A DNA stretch of 64,000 nucleotides from a virus. The position numbers were made by a program, and so were the translations under genes. Shown piece after piece: positions 50,143-57,100 of the stretch. Below the pieces are notes generated by a model. It saw nothing but the letters and a program-made list of their open reading frames with translations, made no database searches and was not told where the DNA came from. Positions within the stretch are counted from its first letter, which is position 1. Each line of letters begins with the position of its first letter. Location: the IMG/VR virus record IMGVR_UViG_3300035698_018280, positions 99,888 through 163,887 of that record. One strand, 5' to 3'.

Positions 50143-51548
50143 TTTTTCTTACTCCTTATCGTCTTCCATATCTCATCGATACGGTCTTTCATTTTCTTTG
50201 CTGAAGCCTTAACGCTGTAATTATTTTGCAAATCAGCTTGCAGCAATTTATTTCTTTCAAGTGCTTCATCATAAAAATCAACGGAATCTCTCATCGCCTC
50301 GCCAAAATCTTTGCAAAAACCATCCGACTTCAGTGAGGGAAATAATTGTTCATCCCAGTAATGGATATTAGTTGTACCTCGTGGAATCTTTTCGATTCTA
50401 TCAACATCTACTAATATGGAATTTTCTTCCTTGAGAAACATTGTGTGGCCGCTATGATTTGTAGCTATGCAAGGCAATCCGCAAAGAGATGCTTCGCAAT
50501 ACGGTAAACCAAAACCTTCACCGCGAGAAGGCAGCACAAAAACATTACAAGCCCTATAGACTTTTGGAAGTTCATGTTCAGGTATAACTCTGCTACAGCG
50601 AACGATGTGAGCGGGATTATCTCCGCCATATTTTTTGATAGCAGCATCGACTTCTTTTTTGATTTTCTCGCCTCCATTGCCAGAAAATTGATGACGAGCA
50701 ATCAATAATAAAGATACATCATCATCTCCGCTAAACTCAGTTAGATAGGATTTCAATAAAGCATCCCATCCTTTACGATATTGCCACTGTCCTAGAGAGC
50801 AGAACACAAAATTTTTGAGAGAAGGCCTAAATTCATGAGGCTCATGGTCTTCTTTGAACAATTTTGTATTTATACCAGGAGGCATAACTAATACATTGGG
50901 ACGAACTCCAGCTTTATCTAATATATCTTTGCAAAAATCAGACGTAACCCATATCTCATGATATTGATTGCAGACATCCACAACTTGTTTTCTAATTGAC
51001 GCCGCTTCAATAGTCGTATAAAGAATTCTATGAGATGTAGAACTACTTACTTCGGAAAAACTAGGAATAATACTATCTATTCTGATAGCATCTCTGCCAA
51101 GCCTGTTTTTGAAGTTAGCAAGAGCCCTTACCTCTAGTTCGTTGAGGTCATTTCTTCTTATAGATAAGGGATTTATTTCGACATTGGCACCGAGACTTGC
51201 AAGGCCATACGCTAGGTTTCGATTTACCTTAGCATATCCGCCAGCCTCATAGAAATGTCCCTTAATAACTACTTCAGGCGTATCGCTGCTTGGCATTCTT
51301 GGTTCCTCTTCTTCAGACTTCTCTGCTGCGTTTAATCGTTCTTTGGTAAAATGAACAAGATTCTTCTCAAGACGGCTATCGCCATAATCTATAACATCAA
51401 GTGCTCCAAGAACAACAAGGTTTTGAAACGACTGACTTTTCTTTATTAGCTCAAGATCGATATCATATATTTCTTCTTCATCAAATGAAATGTAATGATC
51501 GATGTCTTCAATATAAATTGAATTGGCAGTTGTGTTTTTGAACTTCAT
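50139..51548 (-). CDS. Glycosyltransferase, GT4-like, with extra N-terminal domain
   Basis: GGYAKVNR, GQWQYRKGWD, LPSRGEGFGLPYCEA (canonical E-x7-E). Start likely ATG 51548 (MKFKN); about 90-aa N-terminal extension. Confidence 0.92.
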   Translation of the reverse strand: MKFKNTTANSIYIEDIDHYISFDEEEIYDIDLELIKKSQSFQNLVVLGALDVIDYGDSRLEKNLVHFTKERLNAAEKSEEEEPRMPSSDTPEVVIKGHFYEAGGYAKVNRNLAYGLASLGANVEINPLSIRRNDLNELEVRALANFKNRLGRDAIRIDSIIPSFSEVSSSTSHRILYTTIEAASIRKQVVDVCNQYHEIWVTSDFCKDILDKAGVRPNVLVMPPGINTKLFKEDHEPHEFRPSLKNFVFCSLGQWQYRKGWDALLKSYLTEFSGDDDVSLLLIARHQFSGNGGEKIKKEVDAAIKKYGGDNPAHIVRCSRVIPEHELPKVYRACNVFVLPSRGEGFGLPYCEASLCGLPCIATNHSGHTMFLKEENSILVDVDRIEKIPRGTTNIHYWDEQLFPSLKSDGFCKDFGEAMRDSVDFYDEALERNKLLQADLQNNYSVKASAKKMKDRIDEIWKTIRSKKK

Positions 51549-51556
51549 ATATTCTC

Positions 51557-51582
51557 TATCGACCACAGTTGCAAAAACCCCT
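51557..51582 (-). promoter_or_regulatory. AGG-N18-CGATA promoter-like motif overlapping the terminator
   Basis: Minus strand AGG-GGTTTTTGCAACTGTGGT-CGATA, ending 8 nt before ATG 51548. Confidence 0.5.
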
Positions 51583-51597
51583 GCCGAAACAGGGGTT
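51573..51597 (-). terminator. Intrinsic terminator
   Basis: Minus strand AACCCCTGT-TTCG-GCAGGGGTT-TTT. Confidence 0.8.
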
Positions 51598-51642
51598 GGG
51601 ATTAGAAAATTGGAATCATTAGAAGATTAAGCTACTATTTGC

Positions 51643-51966
51643 TCAGTCATCTGTTTTCTTGTCTTTCTTGTCTTTTTCTCGATTGATATCAAAGATTTGA
51701 GTAAACGATTTAGGTTCATCATCCTTATCTTTAGTTTTCGATGCATTAATTGGAGGGCGAGGATTTTGCATTATTTGTAATTCATCATCTTCAACATACA
51801 TATCTCGACTAGGATCGTAATACTTACCTTGTTTTGTGTCATAATAAAGAACATGACCGCTTTGCTGCCGAAATGGACCTTCAAGGCCTTGATTTTCCCT
51901 GTTAGGGTACTTCTCTTTATCGATCATATCAAGCGTTCTATGTCCCGCCGTTTTAATTATCCGCAT
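51643..51966 (-). CDS. Small phage protein with GLEGPF...VLYYD..GKYYDP motif
   Basis: 107 aa; motif resembles one I recall from uncharacterised large-phage proteins; starts MRIIKTAG. Confidence 0.75.
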   Translation of the reverse strand: MRIIKTAGHRTLDMIDKEKYPNRENQGLEGPFRQQSGHVLYYDTKQGKYYDPSRDMYVEDDELQIMQNPRPPINASKTKDKDDEPKSFTQIFDINREKDKKDKKTDD

Positions 51967-51967
51967 C

Positions 51968-52411
51968 TTATGCTCCTGCTATTACAGTCTCTACCTGTGT
52001 CTCCTCTTCAGCAGCAGCATCATCTGTTCCTTCTTCATCTTCACTCAGGTCATCGACAAAGAACTTGTCTAACCAAGCCATATCAGCTATAGTAACTGTC
52101 GAGTCATTTAGTAATGAAATAGGCATGGGTTCAAAGCTTAGATCAATCTTTTCAGAAAGAAGATCCTCAACTTCTTTATAAAAGTTTTGTAGATTCTCGG
52201 GTTTAACCTGAATATTCCCGTCCTCTTGAGTTTCTCCATGTTTTGTGTACAACGCATTTCTATGGGTTCGAAGGTCGGCTAGTTCGCTTTGTAGCTGTTT
52301 GGCAACTTTTCCAAAACGGAAAGCGTACTTTGCTGGCATGGGAACTTTCACCAAATTATTTAGAGATTCTACTACGCTATTGAGTTCAGCGAGTGTTACT
52401 TCGATTTTCAT
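51968..52411 (-). CDS. DUF1617-like phage protein
   Basis: Start reassigned to ATG 52411 (MKIEVT, AAGGAG ribosome-binding site); MPAKYAFRF...LYTKHG...EVEDLL pattern. Confidence 0.65.
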   Translation of the reverse strand: MKIEVTLAELNSVVESLNNLVKVPMPAKYAFRFGKVAKQLQSELADLRTHRNALYTKHGETQEDGNIQVKPENLQNFYKEVEDLLSEKIDLSFEPMPISLLNDSTVTIADMAWLDKFFVDDLSEDEEGTDDAAAEEETQVETVIAGA

Positions 52412-52497
52412 TCTTAACTCCTTTTTGCATACAGGTCTATCGTTCATACGAGACAACTGCTGTAATCTTTCACTATCTTTATCGACTATATGCCATT

Positions 52498-52531
52498 AAA
52501 TAAAGAGGGCGGCCCTCGAAAGGACCGCCCT
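52498..52531 (-). terminator. Intrinsic terminator after the major capsid gene
   Basis: Minus strand AGGGCGGTCCT-TTCG-AGGGCCGCCCT-CTTTATTT (11-bp stem, UUCG loop). Confidence 0.9.
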
Positions 52532-52562
52532 TATAAAGCTTATTAGCTTATGCTATATAAGA

Positions 52563-53444
52563 TTAGCTAGTTTCGGAAACAGTTATCTTAGCGATGGCAT
52601 AATCATTTATGATTGCAATGCCGACCTCTTCGTAGATAACCCAACCGAGACGAAGCTTCTTAGGATCATCCGCTGGAAGAACCGTAATATCCTGACGGAT
52701 AGGGAAGGCTCCAACGGTGTCTGGGGAAGCGACAACGAGGATGGTGTTCTGAGGCATACGGGACGAGACATGGATGTCTGCGGTCCAGAGGTGCCCATAA
52801 AGACCTGTCGTGAGGATCTCACGAGTGGTGGCTTCATCATAGAAATCCTTACCAAAGGTACGGATATCTGCGTAACGCCAAGCGTTAAGAACAATCTTCG
52901 TAGCAACGAGGTCATGCTTCTCGATGTGACGGAAGGCGCTGTTCAACGATGTAGTGCTGAGCGAGCCCATGTCAACAACGATCTGCGAATCGCCAGCCGC
53001 GTCGCGAGCGTCAGCAGCAGCAATAAGAGCGTTGAAAATCTGAGTGTCCTCTTCCTTCTGAATCGCTTCCTTAGCCTTGATCTGCGCACGGTCTACAATG
53101 TAGAAACGGCGAGCCTTGATTTCGGAAAGACGAATCGTCGGGTTAGCGGCGATTTCCCAGGTTGGGACGAGAATTTCTTCGCCTTCCTGGATCTGGTCGG
53201 GGACTGCGCCTCGACGGGAAACAACGTGGGCGATGGCTGCAACATCTCGCTCATATCGAGCAAGCGCGCCCTGGGGAAGCTCGTCAACCATGAGGAGCTT
53301 GCGACCAACAGCTTGATACTCAAGACTTCTACGAATGGGCTCGACCATAGCTTGCGCTAGTGCGGTGCGACCTTCATCAGTTTCTAGAGCCTGAGCAATG
53401 ACAGCTTCTTTCATATCGTCTGTCAAGTTTTTTGTAAAAGACAT
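52563..53444 (-). CDS. Major capsid protein (HK97 fold)
   Basis: 293 aa. EPIRRSLEYQAVGRKLLMVDELPQG, AKEAIQKEED..IF, GHLWTADIHVS, GWVIYEEVG. AAGGAG ribosome-binding site, follows protease and decoration genes, strong terminator after. Confidence 0.88.
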   Translation of the reverse strand: MSFTKNLTDDMKEAVIAQALETDEGRTALAQAMVEPIRRSLEYQAVGRKLLMVDELPQGALARYERDVAAIAHVVSRRGAVPDQIQEGEEILVPTWEIAANPTIRLSEIKARRFYIVDRAQIKAKEAIQKEEDTQIFNALIAAADARDAAGDSQIVVDMGSLSTTSLNSAFRHIEKHDLVATKIVLNAWRYADIRTFGKDFYDEATTREILTTGLYGHLWTADIHVSSRMPQNTILVVASPDTVGAFPIRQDITVLPADDPKKLRLGWVIYEEVGIAIINDYAIAKITVSETS

Positions 53445-53480
53445 AATTACTCTCCTTCGAGTATGATCTGTGTTCTGTAC

Positions 53481-53507
53481 CCTTCATTAGGCCAGAAATA
53501 CAAACCT
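53481..53507 (-). promoter_or_regulatory. AGG-N18-TGAAG promoter-like motif upstream of the capsid gene
   Basis: Minus strand AAGG-TTTGTATTTCTGGCCTAA-TGAAG. Confidence 0.5.
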
Positions 53508-53542
53508 TAGTTTCTTTTTAACTCTTGCCTTAACTCGGGCTA

Positions 53543-54103
53543 TTAGAGTTCGAGCTTGAATCGAGCGAACGATCCCAAGCTAAGGCTCTGATCAACAGAA
53601 CCGCTTCCTACGCTAGGAACGCCACTTGGATAGTTCTTCGGACCCTCAAGCAAACGACCAACTACTCTTGATGAGCCAGCATCCTGCTCATCAAGAAGAC
53701 CTGCAGCATTGCAGAAAAGATTACGACCGACAGTTGCGTTGAATCCAACAGCATACTGATCAGTCCAAAACTCGCCACCGGAGTGGTAAACAGTCATCGT
53801 ACCGGATCCTGAAGTCTCGTTAAAGAAGTCAGAAACACGGTTGGAAGTCGAACGAGTGACGCCTGCGCCGCTGATCACAAGATCAGACGCATATGGTGTG
53901 TACCCTGAAGCGTTTGCCAACGAGTCTCCAGCAATGCCAAGTGCATCGGTAGCGGCTGCTGCGCCGTTTGCGATGGCAACAAAGCCATTGGAGTCAAGTG
54001 TAACAAACATACCCATCTTGATTTCGCCGCTGACAGAAATGTCATAATCGGGATCAACTGAGTAGAACGAGGGGACAACGTGGTAAACAGGAATAAGTGC
54101 CAT
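53543..54103 (-). CDS. Capsid decoration/cement protein (putative)
   Basis: 186 aa, Gly/Ala/Ser-rich beta protein immediately upstream of the capsid gene; GMFVTL, LGIAGD, SGTMTVY..GGEFWTDQY. Confidence 0.7.
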   Translation of the reverse strand: MALIPVYHVVPSFYSVDPDYDISVSGEIKMGMFVTLDSNGFVAIANGAAAATDALGIAGDSLANASGYTPYASDLVISGAGVTRSTSNRVSDFFNETSGSGTMTVYHSGGEFWTDQYAVGFNATVGRNLFCNAAGLLDEQDAGSSRVVGRLLEGPKNYPSGVPSVGSGSVDQSLSLGSFARFKLEL

Positions 54104-54126
54104 AGTTAATTCTCCTAAACTATATT

Positions 54127-57100
54127 TTAGTGCCTGTGCTTACGAAGTTGCGCATCTTCGCTATCATCTGCGAGGCGATTTCGCTGGTCCAAACTAAACA
54201 TCTGCTGTAGCTGACTTTGTAGTTCGGTTGCTGGATCGCGCTCGTTGCTAGAAGCATTGATAACGAGTGGGGTTTGCGCACCCTGTGCTACGGTGTTGAG
54301 CCCTTTCCTAGTAGCCTCGCTAAAGATACTCTTCTCTAAGTCAGAAATCTGTTCAACCTGGTATCGTTCAAGTTCTGAAGACTTGACGAACAAGTCTTCT
54401 GCCTGAATGAGACCAGCCTGCAACATTTTGCCTGCTAGAGTTTGAGCAGCTTTTTTGCGTGCTACAAGGGACTCCTCATCGCCACTAGCGATGACCGTGC
54501 CTTTATCTTTCTCCTGTTTCTCAGGAGCAAATCTTTCATTCTTATCATATTTCGGGTTCTGTCCGCCGCCTGCGGGGAACTCGGGATGATGTTCTGGGCT
54601 CTTAGGAACGTCGCCAATCGACTCTTCCTCATGACCCATGAAACTTGCGTTGCCTTGTTCAGGAACATCAGGTCCGTCTTCGCCGTCGCGAGGGGTAATA
54701 GTCGAGCCCTCTGGCGTATCTGGGTGATCCTTGTTGTCTTGAACTGGTTTGATATCCTCGTCATCTTCGTGCGGTGCTGGGGGAGCAAGCTTCTTCTCTT
54801 CAGCAGTACGAACGATTGACTCTACAAGGTTATCAACCATGTCGGATGTAGTTATGCTCTGATGAGCATTGGCCGTAGCCTTTGATGAACCAGCGCCGTC
54901 TTCGCCGCCGGTATGCTGATCACCCTTCTCAGCGGTATAGCCTTGATCGGACTCATGCCCCATCTCGCCGCCGCCGTTAGGAACGTCAATAGATTCTTTG
55001 CCTATAGTTGCGCCAGTTCCAGCGCAAGGAACATCAGGATCTTCAAGAGCTAGTTTTTCTTCATGCCCCATCTGCGATTTTGCAGTATCAGATGTTGGCT
55101 GAATATCAGAATCATCTTGAACATTCTTCTGAACAAGATTACTCTGAGCTTCCTTACTCAAGGTTGAGAACATGCCATCTAGGTCAAGACTAATCTTACC
55201 AGTTGGCGTAATACGCCCTCTCTTAAGGTTGTTGCCCAAATCAGAAGCCTCTCGCATGATTAATTCCTCTTCAGAATCCGCTTCTACAGTATTTGAATTT
55301 TGCGAAGCATTTTCCTTCTTATTTTCCTGACTTTCTGCAAAGATTGGAGCATCATGCTTCTTATGTTCTCTATGCTTGTCATGATTATGCTCTGTTTCAT
55401 CGCCGGCGTCCGAGTCGTCATCGATGTTGATCTCGCCGCCAATATCATCAACTGCATCTACTGCAGTATCAAGAACATCGCCAGCCGCATCGCCAAGCTC
55501 GTCGCCAAGCTCTCCTCCGAGGTCGCCGCCAAGCTCAATCTCAACTTCGCCGCCGTCGTCGCCGAGACCCATGTCATCGCCAGCCATTGGATCGCCTTCT
55601 AGACCCATTTCATCGCCAATAGCGACATCAAGAGCTTGGCTAACCTGTTCTAGAACATCAATAGGAAGTTCAACTGAAACAAATCCAGCCTCGCCCGCAG
55701 AGTCATCAAATGGACTTATATCCTCATCAAAAATGCTTCCGTCGTCATCGAAACCATCGTCAAGACCAGTATCAAGACCCCCGTCATCTCCTCCGAATGG
55801 ATCGTTGCCGTCTTCGGCTCCTACATCCAACTCATCAGAGAACAGATCAACTGCTTGAGCAAATATCTGCTTCATACCTTCGCATACAAGCGAAGAGTCT
55901 TCGGCGGAGAAACCTGCTCGAATATGATCTTCAAGGCAATCAATGCATCCGTCTCGCTCGGCCCAAAGACCAGCAACCTTGATAGCAAGGTTATTACTGT
56001 AGACGCCAGCATTCTTAAGACTGTTGCAAACGCAATCAGCCAAATTGCTACCGTGACATGGACCGCTGAGAGCAATCGCATCATCGCCAAAGCGACGAGC
56101 CAGCTTTTCTCTGCAAGATTCTGTTGGGAACTTGTCTCCAGGACCGAAAGCATAAATTTCTTTGAACGCTTCAGTAACAGACGCACTCTTAGATGCAGTC
56201 TTAACTCTCTTGAAGAGACCGTTATCATTCATAGCAAGAATCAGCTTGCCTCGATCCTTACGACTCAGGGCCATAAATTTATTGAGATCAAGGCCATTAT
56301 TATCTAGTGATTTAGCAAAGAGCTTGCGAACTCTGCTGCAGGATGGACATGGTTCGCTAAAGCGAGGAGCCCATTCCCAACGAGCAAAAACAGCCTTCTT
56401 ATCATTTTGAGCGCTTCTTACAAGGTATCGCTGACCGCTATCATGGCAAAGGAACTCACTAGCTCCATCATTAGTCTTGCCAACATAACGAGTATCAGTT
56501 CCGCCGCTGTAAGGGCTTACGCTACCAAGCTGAATATTTGCTTCGGACATCTTCTTCAAAGCAAATTCAGTCAAACGAGTTTCAGCAGCAACGGGGACGC
56601 TCTCTTCAAGGCCTTCGCCTTCAGGTAGAGCAAAGCCTTCGCCTTCTTCTCCAGCTTCGCCGCCGAGCATTTCATCATCCATGCCCATTGGTCCCATATC
56701 CTCGCCGCCCTGATCATCATTCAAGCCAGACCATTTTGTTACTTCAAGAGCAACCTTGATGAGGAATTCGGAACCGCAGTTCGAACATTTTGCTTTACCA
56801 GAAACGACATCAACGTCATCAGAGGTACAAACGGGGCAATGAGAACCAGGAGGCTTAGGAAGAAGATCTTCATCAAAACCGCCGTCCATACCATCGCCAG
56901 GTCCGCCATCATCGAATGATTGAACAGGGCCAGCATCCATACCAGGAGCAGGTGGCAGAGAGGCTCCGCCGCCTCCGCCATCGCCTAAGTCTGTTGGCAT
57001 CTGACCGCCCATCATCTGTGCTTCTCTAATCATTTGCTGACGATTGCTAGAACGTGCTTCTTTTTCTTCAGAATGAAGAATTGCATCAGTATCTTTGTCA

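Noticed and set aside
52563-53444. Encapsulin nanocompartment interpretation of the short HK97-fold protein
   Set aside because: It is flanked by portal, protease and decoration genes and followed by a full tail module, so a phage capsid is the better explanation.
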